From Fidelibacterota bacterium (lineage in GTDB: Bacteria; Fidelibacterota; Marinisomatia; SCGC-AAA003-L08; TS1B11), in NCBI GenBank assembly GCA_020355065.1, contig CP070656.1:2501703-2542435 (forward strand): 40,733 nucleotides of DNA, given 5' to 3'. Below, one piece after another: positions 1 to 8,302 of this stretch (position 1 is the first letter of the stretch; the number at the start of each line of letters is the position of its first letter). The notes under the pieces were generated by a model. The model was not told the DNA's origin. It searched no databases and saw only the letters and a list, made by a program, of their open reading frames with translations. The position numbers and the translations under genes are program-made.

Positions 1-904
1 ACGGCAGAATATTCGCCAGAAACTCGATCTGGCCTACCAAATCCTCCCGGGAGCGACAAACCCGGTACATGATAAAGTTGCCGCTCGTCTGATTTCGGGT
101 AATGGTCAGAGACTTTCGGGCATACTTCTCCGCCTCATCAAGTCGGTCCAGTTGCCAACATGCCTCGGCCACGGCATTGAAAAGGGTTGCGCTCCCTGGA
201 CCTTTGAATTCATTTATCTCCAATGCCTGGTGATAAACACGAAGTGCCTGTTCGTGTTCTCCGAGCAGAGCATAGTTCTGCCCAAGAGTATAATGGGCAT
301 AGCCGGAGTTCGGTTCTTCCGCAACCATTCGTTCCAGTAAAGTCTGATTACGCTCCAGTTTGATCCGCATCTGTTCCTTGTCCAAAGCATAGACTTGGTG
401 CTCCAAGACTACCAGGGACTTCTTTTCGACCCCCTTGGCAGCTCTCAGACTGGGGTGAACCTGCTCGTGGATCCGGCCGGAAAAACGCAGTTTGGGATGT
501 CTCGAGAAGAGCCGGTGGGATATGGAAAGTGTGTAACTTTTACCATCCGGCTGAATATTTCGGATCTGAACCTGGTAGATTGTCGGTTGCTTGACTGGAA
601 TAATTAATTGCTTCAGCGGTCCGACAGAAGCAGAGAGTAAGCGCTCATCCGCATCCAACCACAATATCCAATCACCAACGGCATAGCGCAGGGACTCATT
701 CCGAGCTGCGGCGAAGTCATCCACCCACTTGAAGCGATGTACTTCAGCCCCGAAAGACTCGGCGATCGCTGGGGTTTCATCAGTCGAACCCGTATCTAAA
801 ACAATCAATTGGTCGGCTACACCCGTGATACTGGCAAGGCAATCGGGCAACATGGTCGCCTCATTACGGACAATCATACATACCGACAACTTTGCCCGGC
901 TCAT
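1..904 (-). CDS. Glycosyltransferase family 2 (GT-A) + TPR protein; 3' end lies beyond the window; absent from the supplied ORF track
   Basis: My own minus-strand translation from ATG 904-902 stays open to nt 1: MSRAKLSVCMIVRNEATMLPDCLASITGVADQLIVLDTGSTDETPAIAESFGAEVHRFKWVDDFAAARNESLRYAVGDWILWLDADERLL..SGRIHEQVHPSL..AHYTLGQNYALLGEHEQALRVYHQALEI.. It shows a GT2 signature (DTGSTD, DADE DXD motif) followed by TPR-like helices. The ATG overlaps the upstream stop (TAATG). Confidence 0.8.
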   Translation of the reverse strand, partial: MSRAKLSVCMIVRNEATMLPDCLASITGVADQLIVLDTGSTDETPAIAESFGAEVHRFKWVDDFAAARNESLRYAVGDWILWLDADERLLSASVGPLKQLIIPVKQPTIYQVQIRNIQPDGKSYTLSISHRLFSRHPKLRFSGRIHEQVHPSLRAAKGVEKKSLVVLEHQVYALDKEQMRIKLERNQTLLERMVAEEPNSGYAHYTLGQNYALLGEHEQALRVYHQALEINEFKGPGSATLFNAVAEACWQLDRLDEAEKYARKSLTITRNQTSGNFIMYRVCRSREDLVGQIEFLANILP

Positions 905-2112
905 TATTTTTCCATGCTCCCCAGGTTTTCACGAAGGATTTTCTGTATGGTCAAAAAGAGCTGCGGTCTCTGATGGTGAACGTATTCCAACAATGGACGC
1001 ATTTCCTGTCGGTTACGATTAAGAATAGCTTGAATATGGACAACGCTCCGCAGCAGTGCTTCTTCCAACTGATCGGCAGTGATTTCCCAGGCCAGTAGGA
1101 TCGGCTTATAGAAACCTTCCTCCTGTGCAAGGAAGTACCGTCGATTTTGAAAGAAATGCTCTACAGCATGATACTGGAGGGTGATGGCATCCTCACTCCT
1201 ACCAACCTCTCTCAGTATGCGGCCAAGCGGAACACTGAAACGACCATTCCCCTCCATTTTGCAGTAGATAGTGAAGAGCGACTCCACGGTCTTCTCAGGA
1301 TAGTCCTGACCGGCAAGCAAGGTATCACAGAACATACCCATTAAACCGTTGACTGCATCGGGTTCCTGTTGAGGTATTTCCGGTAGCCTGCTTACCACGT
1401 TCAATCCTTCTTCCACCGCCGAATGAGCCCGATCCCACTCCTGCAGCTGCCGAGCGGTCTCTGCAAGATAATACCAATACCGCGTAGATTGAGGATTCCT
1501 ATCCAACTCGCGCTCCAGGCGCACAATAGCATCTCGGAGTTCCCACTCTTCGGGCTCAGGCTCACCCAGGCTGACGATAGCCCCTAGAGTCATAACGTCC
1601 GTGGCCTCATCCAGCCCACATCTATCCCGTGCCGCTTCTATGCTGGCCGTGAGTGATGGATAAATGGCATGGTCCCACTGAAGACCTGCATCGGTCCTCA
1701 TCAGTCGCGTATCGAGGAAATGGTTACCGGGTTCATCAAAGCGAACTACGGGGATATCCAGGGCAATAGATTGGGTGTTGCTTACATAGTCCAATATAGC
1801 TCGCGGATCATTAATGCGTAGCACTTCCTGTTGGTTCAGAAAGAGAGCCCAAGCAGATTGAACTTGATCCAGGGCGATATTCAGCAGCGCACTCTCGTCA
1901 GGATCAGCGGGGACCTGCAAATAGACAGCATCGTACTCCGAAGCAAGATGCTTTACAGGCTGACCTCCCCCCCCGCCAGCATCTACAATGACTATCTCCT
2001 GGGCAAGCTTATTAACGGAATCAAGGGCATTGACCAGGTTGCTGCTGCGATTATGAAGTACAATACAGAGAGCTATGGCCCCTGTGGGAGAACCCTCAGA
2101 CCGATTCATCAC
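904..2112 (-). CDS. GT2-like pseudo-glycosyltransferase + helical-repeat protein (degenerate paralog of the 1-904 gene)
   Basis: 402-aa ORF. AIALCIVLHNRS..EIVIVDAGGGGGQ..LFLNQQE..DTRLMRTDAGLQWDHAIYPSL aligns by eye with VCMIVRNEA..QLIVLDTGSTDE..LWLDADE..HRLFSRHPKLRFSGRIHEQVHPSL of the downstream gene. The DTGSTD and DXD positions are replaced. The C-terminal half is helical. The start (GTG 2112 or ATG 2109) overlaps the upstream stop. Confidence 0.7.
   Translation of the reverse strand: MMNRSEGSPTGAIALCIVLHNRSSNLVNALDSVNKLAQEIVIVDAGGGGGQPVKHLASEYDAVYLQVPADPDESALLNIALDQVQSAWALFLNQQEVLRINDPRAILDYVSNTQSIALDIPVVRFDEPGNHFLDTRLMRTDAGLQWDHAIYPSLTASIEAARDRCGLDEATDVMTLGAIVSLGEPEPEEWELRDAIVRLERELDRNPQSTRYWYYLAETARQLQEWDRAHSAVEEGLNVVSRLPEIPQQEPDAVNGLMGMFCDTLLAGQDYPEKTVESLFTIYCKMEGNGRFSVPLGRILREVGRSEDAITLQYHAVEHFFQNRRYFLAQEEGFYKPILLAWEITADQLEEALLRSVVHIQAILNRNRQEMRPLLEYVHHQRPQLFLTIQKILRENLGSMEK
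1967..1974 (-). repeat. G8 homopolymer (C8 on + strand) inside the pseudo-GT coding sequence
   Basis: Codons GGC GGG GGG GGA GGT encode the GGGGG run. It is the longest G/C homopolymer I found in the window. Confidence 0.9.
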
Positions 2113-3101
2113 ATAATCTTCTTCTCGAGACTACTCAATTCCCCCATCAGTTGGACTTTGGCAAGCCTTTCTCTGAAAAGGTCTCGATCATTCACACGGT
2201 AGGATGGCTCGCTGCCTTCCGGATGGAAAGCCTCTAATATCCCTGATTGGGCTAACTCATCAAACACCGCCCCATATGCGCTAAGCGGCTTCTCAAATTT
2301 TTGCTGTAAACGCTCCTCTAAGACTTGTGCTGCAAAGTCTTCGACGGCACCCTGCTCTTGGGCCAACTCATCCAGCACCTGCAAGAGCTCAACTTCGTTC
2401 GGATCCTTGAAAATAAATTTGTCAGACATTTTTTTAGCATGGCCCACTTCGATCAGATGCCGTTCCTGGCAATAATCGGCAAACTGATAGAGCTTCTCCG
2501 GGAATTCGAGCAGGAACACCCGTCCGATGCCTTCCCGCTGTTCACTGGATCCGATTTTTACACTCACCATATTGTTCAGCATCTCATTGACTCTATCTTC
2601 GTTCAATCCAAGCAGGAACGCTATGGTAATAACAGACTGATTCCAGGGGAGGAGCACCCTATCGTTGGAGTCAGGCTCTTCCTGCCTAGCCATCAAGGCC
2701 AGAAGGTTAACAACCTGTCGACCCGCGCCTCTGGTGAGCAAAATGCTCTGGTTGCGTGTTGCATCCCGCAACCGCTCGACAATGATCGCAAAAAAAGTGC
2801 GCAACCAGTTCGGCACTTCCTCCATCCTGTTACGAAACATCTCCCGGCTGATTTCCAGTAGGGTCGAATTAATAGCTGCCGTGGCCGTTGCTGAGCGAGG
2901 CTGGTTATCAATGATGGCCATCTCACCGAGAATAGAACCCTTTTCCAGCGTGGCAATAACGGTTTTTTGATCGCCTAAAACCTTGGATATTTCCACCTGG
3001 CCTTCCAATACAATGAACATCGTTTGCCCGTGCTCACCATCGCGGAATATTTCCTCACCTTTCTTAAAATAACGTTTCAGACGTTGTTCAAGGGCAGTCA
3101 T
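2109..3101 (-). CDS. Cyclic-nucleotide-binding (CAP/Crp effector-domain) protein with an uncharacterised C-terminal half
   Basis: The N-terminus FKKGEEIFRDGEHGQTMFIVLEGQVEI..LEKGSILGEMAIIDNQPRSATATA carries a cNMP beta-barrel with a phosphate-binding cassette (GE..A..RSAT). I see no clear Crp-type HTH, and about 200 aa of C-terminus is unassigned. SD GGAGGGG lies upstream of the ATG. The stop overlaps the next start. Confidence 0.75.
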   Translation of the reverse strand: MTALEQRLKRYFKKGEEIFRDGEHGQTMFIVLEGQVEISKVLGDQKTVIATLEKGSILGEMAIIDNQPRSATATAAINSTLLEISREMFRNRMEEVPNWLRTFFAIIVERLRDATRNQSILLTRGAGRQVVNLLALMARQEEPDSNDRVLLPWNQSVITIAFLLGLNEDRVNEMLNNMVSVKIGSSEQREGIGRVFLLEFPEKLYQFADYCQERHLIEVGHAKKMSDKFIFKDPNEVELLQVLDELAQEQGAVEDFAAQVLEERLQQKFEKPLSAYGAVFDELAQSGILEAFHPEGSEPSYRVNDRDLFRERLAKVQLMGELSSLEKKIM

Positions 3102-3166
3102 ATCACCCCTCCTGCCTCGTATTAACCCAAGTCAAACTGATGGTCGCTCAATCGGCTGCCAGTGAT

Positions 3167-5548
3167 TCAATTTTTCTTTCGACTCTTTGCCAACATTTCC
3201 CGGGCCTGTGCGTGATCTGGATTGGCAGCCAAGACAGCTTCTAGATGACGCCTCATGTCCTCCTGACGATCGACTTCTGCGTAGAGCGATGCCAGGATGA
3301 AATGAGTCTGCCAGTCGTTGGGATCATCCTGCAGGATTCCCATCAGTAGGCTGATTCCCTCTTCAAACTGTTCCGCCTCCAAGAAGGATTGTCCCAGAAG
3401 TCGTCGCGCTTCCAGATCACGTGGATTCGCTTCCAGAACCTTCGCGAGTCGCACTTGGGCGGAATTTAAATCACCCTCGACCATGTCCAGCAGAGCCAGA
3501 CTCTGCTGCGCGGGGGACCAGTCCCTATTTAAGCTTACAGCCCGCTCATAATGATTCCTAGCTTCACGCAGATTACCACTCAGGTGAGCTATAAGCCCAA
3601 AGCCGTGCACTGCTTCCACCTTGGTCGGATCCTCTTCCAGCACTTCCCGGCACAGTTTCGCACCGCCTTCTAGATCACCTTGGTGCACAAGTTCGATAGC
3701 TTCTTTGGCCTTCCTATCCAGCACCCGGCTGAGTGGTTCGTCCGTTTCCAGAAGCCAATCAAGGTCGACATCCGGCCACTTGGTGCGAAAAAGCTTCTCG
3801 TTCCTCTTCAGGGAAGCACCGTAGTCAATTCGGTTCTCTACGAATGAGCGACTTCCAAAGTGGTGAAGATAGGTGCTTTCATCCACCATAATGGCATATC
3901 CCTTCTCACGAGCTCGGAGACAAAAATCATCATCTTCGAAGTTCCCGGATCCGAAATCCTCGTCCAGCCCCCCCAGCTCATCATAGAGCGATTTCCGTGT
4001 GAGTATAGCAAAACCGGCAATGCGGCGTCTTGGCGTTACCTTTCCGCGGTTGGCCGTTCGTACCGTTGCGGCAAAGCCAAAGTATTCAGCGTCGCTCTTA
4101 TAGGGAATGTCCGCCAAACGCTGGCGACCACTTATATAATTGGTAATCGGTCCTACCAAACCAATTCGCTCATCCCGTTCCAGCGCATTCACCAAACTCT
4201 CTAGCCAACCATCCCCGACGATTACATCGTTGTTGAGCAGCAGCACATAGGCGCCTCGCGCCGCACTGACTCCCTGATTGTTCCCCGCCGCAAAACCCAG
4301 ATTGGTCTCATTATCGATTAGCCGGCAGTTGGGATTCGATACCGCGATGCTCCGCAGATAATCCTTTGTACCATCGGTCGATCCGTTATCGACAAAAATG
4401 ATTTCATGGGGATAATTTGTATGCTGCTGTATTGAATCCACGCAGCGGCGGGTATAATCCACAGCATTGTGGGTAAGAATGATTATCGATACCATCGCGT
4501 TGAATCCTAATTCGGGAATGGGTGAAGAACCGGCTAGTATCTGGCTATAGAGCTGGGCAATTTCTCGGGCTCCCACAACGACATTCCTTTGGTTCGTAAC
4601 GTATTCGTATGCCTGCTCCTGAATCTGGCGCCTCTTCTCAGAATTATCGATAAGATATTTGATCTTCTCATACCATTCGGCTGAATCGGCCCCTTTTACA
4701 TAGATACCGGTGTGGCCATCAATGACGCTCCCTTGATAAGGCTCAAGATACGAATAAATCCCTGCAGTTCTTTGCGATGCATATTCCAGGAATTTTTCAT
4801 CGCTTTTCGCCTCATTGAACTGGGTTGCAGCCAGGGGAGCAAGCCCAATATCCAGTGCGGCTTTGTTTAATTTTCTCCCAAATTCCGTCAGGTCCTCTGT
4901 ACCACCGATGTACTCAATCTCCGGATTTCCCTTATATATACTCGGGATATACCAGAAAAATACTAATGAGACCTCAGTTCGGTATTCAGATCTAATCTCC
5001 TCGAGAGCAGGTAGAACCTGCTGAAAGTCAGCCTCATGAGTCCAACCGCCCGCGTATCCTATTCGGCATGGCTTCTGTACCGCTTCTCCGCGCGGTGTTG
5101 GGAAGATGCTCGTATCCAAATAATTCTGAATAACGGTGATATTATGATTGTAAGATGTCATTCGTTCTTTTAGACTTCTTGTAGATACGGTCACGTGATC
5201 AACTTTTCGAACAAATTCCTCAATACAATGCTGTACCCCTGGCCGATTAAAAAAGTCGAATAGGGGATGAGACTGAGGAATACCTAATAAATCATCGTCG
5301 ATGTCGTAGACCGTCTTCTTCCCCCTGAGTTGGGCATGACGTAGAATTTCCAGAGTATCAGGGATGTATGTTCTCTGAAATACTAATAGATCCTGATCGT
5401 CAAGGCGTGCGAGATCGAAGGTTTGCGGCTTTTCGAGAGTAACTATTTCAGAGGTGAGAATCCCCTCACGCTCCAGCTGTGCTATCGGGCTCAACAGACG
5501 GATTGTAGCGACCGCTGATCGATCGTTTACGATTACCATTAATTTCAT
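3167..5548 (-). CDS. Three-module glycosyltransferase: GT-B-like N-domain + GT2 (GT-A) domain + C-terminal TPR repeats
   Basis: GT2 core: VSIIILTHNAVDYTRRCVDSIQQHTNYPHEIIFVDNGSTDGT..LLLNNDVIV..EDDDFCLRA. A Rossmann-like N-terminal domain of about 350 aa precedes it. The C-terminus shows TPR-like repeats (..AVHGFGLIAHLSGNLREARNHYERAVSLN.., ..LGQSFLEAEQFEEGISLL..). I chose ATG 5548 (MKLMVIV, SD GGTGGG) as the start. The track's GTG at 5590 is an alternative. Confidence 0.75.
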   Translation of the reverse strand: MKLMVIVNDRSAVATIRLLSPIAQLEREGILTSEIVTLEKPQTFDLARLDDQDLLVFQRTYIPDTLEILRHAQLRGKKTVYDIDDDLLGIPQSHPLFDFFNRPGVQHCIEEFVRKVDHVTVSTRSLKERMTSYNHNITVIQNYLDTSIFPTPRGEAVQKPCRIGYAGGWTHEADFQQVLPALEEIRSEYRTEVSLVFFWYIPSIYKGNPEIEYIGGTEDLTEFGRKLNKAALDIGLAPLAATQFNEAKSDEKFLEYASQRTAGIYSYLEPYQGSVIDGHTGIYVKGADSAEWYEKIKYLIDNSEKRRQIQEQAYEYVTNQRNVVVGAREIAQLYSQILAGSSPIPELGFNAMVSIIILTHNAVDYTRRCVDSIQQHTNYPHEIIFVDNGSTDGTKDYLRSIAVSNPNCRLIDNETNLGFAAGNNQGVSAARGAYVLLLNNDVIVGDGWLESLVNALERDERIGLVGPITNYISGRQRLADIPYKSDAEYFGFAATVRTANRGKVTPRRRIAGFAILTRKSLYDELGGLDEDFGSGNFEDDDFCLRAREKGYAIMVDESTYLHHFGSRSFVENRIDYGASLKRNEKLFRTKWPDVDLDWLLETDEPLSRVLDRKAKEAIELVHQGDLEGGAKLCREVLEEDPTKVEAVHGFGLIAHLSGNLREARNHYERAVSLNRDWSPAQQSLALLDMVEGDLNSAQVRLAKVLEANPRDLEARRLLGQSFLEAEQFEEGISLLMGILQDDPNDWQTHFILASLYAEVDRQEDMRRHLEAVLAANPDHAQAREMLAKSRKKN

Positions 5549-5706
5549 GGCTGACCCACCATGATCAACATCGCCATTGCTATTTGTCACCCTGGTCCAA
5601 CAATGAATAACGCTCTAGATGAATCTCGAGGTTGAGCACCCTGAAAACGTGAATTACGATTGATCTTGCGCTAGTGATATCGACGAGGTCGTCGTACAAG
5701 ATCGGT

Positions 5707-7653
5707 TTATCGTGGTGAGATAGTTTTTAAAGACTGTGCAGCGACCAGATTCCCAGGCTCTAATTCCAATACGCGCTGGAAAAAGAACCTCGCATCCTCC
5801 GCTCGATCCTGCTGCTGGCAAAGTACCCCCAACGCGAGTAGGGCTTCAATGTCTTGGGGCTCTAATTCGATGACTTTCTGATATGCCAGGAGAGAATCAA
5901 CAATCCGTTCTTGTCGCGCATACAGATCCGCCAGGTTTTTTAAAATAATTACATTATCAGGCGATAGATCGGCAGCTTTTTGAAGGTGCACAAGTGCATC
6001 CTCTTCTTTACCCTGGCGGTAGCAAATCGATCCCAAATCATTGTATGCCTGCGCCATTTGGGGATCATAGCTCAATGCTACTTCCAGGGCTGCCTCTGCG
6101 CCAGTCAGATTCCCATCAAGTACCAACGTTTGTGCGTAAGTCCTTATCACCTCAGCTTGCTCGGGGAATGATCCTAATAATTGTTCAGCGGCTCGACGGG
6201 CCTCATTTGACCTCTCTTGGTTCATTAACATTCTGATTCTATTGATCTTCTCATCCAGGTCGGGAACTCTGTGCGCTTGAAGATCTAACTTTTCCTGAAG
6301 TATTCGATACTGTTCTTTTTGAAGCTTGAGCGCTTTTCGTGTGTACGCCAACTCCATTTCAGTACCCACACGTACATTTGACTGTTCTTCAGAGTGTTGT
6401 CGGTACTCCAGTACAAATTCGGGTACCAAAACGGCATCCCACCCCTTAGATAACATTCCATAGAATAGGTTGTGGTCTTCATGACCCTCTGATTGTTGAT
6501 AGCCACCCACCTGGTCATAGGCCTCTCGCCGGTACATGGACGAACCGTGCATGATATTCACAGTTTTCAGGCGTCCCAACATGGCACGATCGTACTCGGG
6601 GAACCGCCAGAAAAACATGGAAGGAAAATCAGGCACCGGGTCTGCTTTTATTTTGCGCGCGATGACTTCTGCGCGCGGCCCAAAAAGTGTACAGTAGGTG
6701 TACGCAATAGCCGCGCCTGGATTAGTATCGAGAGCATGTTTGCACTTCTCGATATAATCACTCCGAAAACGATTGTCTGCACCAAGAAAACAGATATAAT
6801 CACCGCTGGTTAGCGACACCGCTTTCTTGAAATTCTCAATGATTCCCAAATTCTTCTCATTCTGAACGATCCGGAGATGATCCTCATAGCGCTTCGCTAT
6901 CTCGATTGAATCATCAGTCGAACAATCATCAATAAATAGAATCTCGTCCGGCTGAACCGTCTGTCTCAGCACGGATTCAACCGCCTCAGCTAGATAGGCA
7001 GCATAATTGTAATTCGCAATGATCAGCGAGGTGGTGGAGTGTGAAAATGAGGTTTGATTGGTTACGATAATCCGATTATACTGATAACGGTCGTAATCAT
7101 TGCCGTTTACACACGAAAGGGCCCCGGCAAATTGTTCCTTGGTGATGGAAATAAGATCCTCATCATGGTTACCGTACGGGTAACCGAACCAGTTGAATCC
7201 CTTCCCGTCAAGACGGCGGATTTCTTCCGGAACTTGCAGCTCCTTCTCGAGCGTCGACGGGTCGGATTCCTTGGTTAGGTCAATATGTGATAGACTATGC
7301 CATTGCAGCCGCCCACCGTTTCTAACCAGCTCTCCCAACTGTTCCGAATCTGCAAAGCGCGCGGGAGGCTCAACTTTCTGGTCAAAGATGTTCTCTTTGC
7401 CTATTGTGTCACCGACTACAAACAATTCAAAAGGATAGTTAAAAGATTTCAATATCGGCAGGGCGTACCGATACACATTCTCATACACACCATCGAAAGT
7501 GATCACTACCTGCTTCTCGTCGTTGGGATCATAGTCATCCAGGTAGACGACTGTACGATCCCGAAGCTCATTCATCTGTCGCCAGAATTGATTCGCATTG
7601 ACCCACCATTCTGTCGGAGACTCAAGAAAGACTTTATGGTACAGGAGGATCAT
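5707..7653 (-). CDS. Three-module enzyme: polysaccharide deacetylase (CE4/NodB-like) + GT2 glycosyltransferase + TPR repeats
   Basis: N-terminal CE4 motifs: ILLYHKV, ITFDGVYENVYRYALPILKSFNYPFELFVVG (TFDG rather than TFDDG), WHSLSH (H-S-x-x-H). Central GT2: SLIIANYNYAAYLAEAVESVLRQTVQPDEILFIDDCSTDDS. C-terminal TPRs: AQAYNDLGSICYRQGKEEDALVHLQKAADLSPDN.. The ATGA junction overlaps the upstream methyltransferase stop. Confidence 0.8.
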   Translation of the reverse strand: MILLYHKVFLESPTEWWVNANQFWRQMNELRDRTVVYLDDYDPNDEKQVVITFDGVYENVYRYALPILKSFNYPFELFVVGDTIGKENIFDQKVEPPARFADSEQLGELVRNGGRLQWHSLSHIDLTKESDPSTLEKELQVPEEIRRLDGKGFNWFGYPYGNHDEDLISITKEQFAGALSCVNGNDYDRYQYNRIIVTNQTSFSHSTTSLIIANYNYAAYLAEAVESVLRQTVQPDEILFIDDCSTDDSIEIAKRYEDHLRIVQNEKNLGIIENFKKAVSLTSGDYICFLGADNRFRSDYIEKCKHALDTNPGAAIAYTYCTLFGPRAEVIARKIKADPVPDFPSMFFWRFPEYDRAMLGRLKTVNIMHGSSMYRREAYDQVGGYQQSEGHEDHNLFYGMLSKGWDAVLVPEFVLEYRQHSEEQSNVRVGTEMELAYTRKALKLQKEQYRILQEKLDLQAHRVPDLDEKINRIRMLMNQERSNEARRAAEQLLGSFPEQAEVIRTYAQTLVLDGNLTGAEAALEVALSYDPQMAQAYNDLGSICYRQGKEEDALVHLQKAADLSPDNVIILKNLADLYARQERIVDSLLAYQKVIELEPQDIEALLALGVLCQQQDRAEDARFFFQRVLELEPGNLVAAQSLKTISPR

Positions 7654-8204
7654 TTCAGGTATACTTCAAGGATGTGTGAGAACTCTCGGTAGGAATAATA
7701 CTCACGGTGAAGTGTGACATAGGGAAACCTGAAACGGCACCATTCATCAATATGGCAGCTGACCAGATGCCCACCTGGTTCAAGAAGATCATTAATAATC
7801 GTGAAGGCCAGCATGTCTCCCTCGGCAATATACTGCTGATACAGAACTCCGGTCAGGATGATCAAATCGAATGAGAGGTCCCAACCTAGATCTGGCAAGT
7901 CAAAAAGAGAAACCGCTTCAAAACTGATATGCGATAGGCCTTCGCATTTTTCCCGTGCCTGCCGTATCGCGTTTTCGGAGATATCAATCCCAAAAACTTT
8001 CTCGCCAGGGAGCCTACTGGTGATGAAGCCATCTCCACATCCAATATCAAGTATCTTCCGATAGGATTTCTTGGGTAGAAGAGAGAGTAACAACGCCCGA
8101 CGGTGTTGGTCACTGGGATGATCTTCATATCCCCAAGGATCCGTCTTCTCGAACCACTTCTCGATTTCTTCCAAGGATTGAAGCACACTTCTTATCATGG
8201 TCAC
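7650..8204 (-). CDS. Class I SAM-dependent methyltransferase (NodS-like N-terminal DPW motif)
   Basis: KTDPWGYE..ILDIGCGDGFITSRL (motif I GxGxG)..FDLIILTGVLYQ. The start is GTG 8204 or ATG 8198 (SD AAGG 5 nt upstream). Confidence 0.8.
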   Translation of the reverse strand: MTMIRSVLQSLEEIEKWFEKTDPWGYEDHPSDQHRRALLLSLLPKKSYRKILDIGCGDGFITSRLPGEKVFGIDISENAIRQAREKCEGLSHISFEAVSLFDLPDLGWDLSFDLIILTGVLYQQYIAEGDMLAFTIINDLLEPGGHLVSCHIDEWCRFRFPYVTLHREYYSYREFSHILEVYLK

Positions 8205-8302
8205 CTTGTTACATGTGAATGCAATGGAGTTAAGCCAAACTTTTCGGACACTGACTAAGGAGGTCCGGATCCAAGAGTATCACCACCTTCCGTCAGTGGT
8301 TA

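Noticed and set aside
3146-3161. Sigma-54-like string TGGCAGCCGATTGAGC upstream of the cNMP-binding gene
   Set aside because: The -24 element is imperfect (TGGCAG), and the TTGA element is one nucleotide too close to the GG. This makes two defects in a short motif.
8220-8237. TGGCTTAACTCCATTGCA upstream of the methyltransferase gene
   Set aside because: It has GG and GC elements, but they are separated by 12 nt instead of 10, so the spacing is incompatible with sigma-54 recognition.
8205-8302. Possible terminator or CsrA-site structure in the csrA-methyltransferase spacer (CACTGAC..GTCAGTG inverted repeat, several GGA motifs)
   Set aside because: The interior pairs poorly, there is no U-tract, and GGA motifs are too common to interpret without a structure or covariation analysis.
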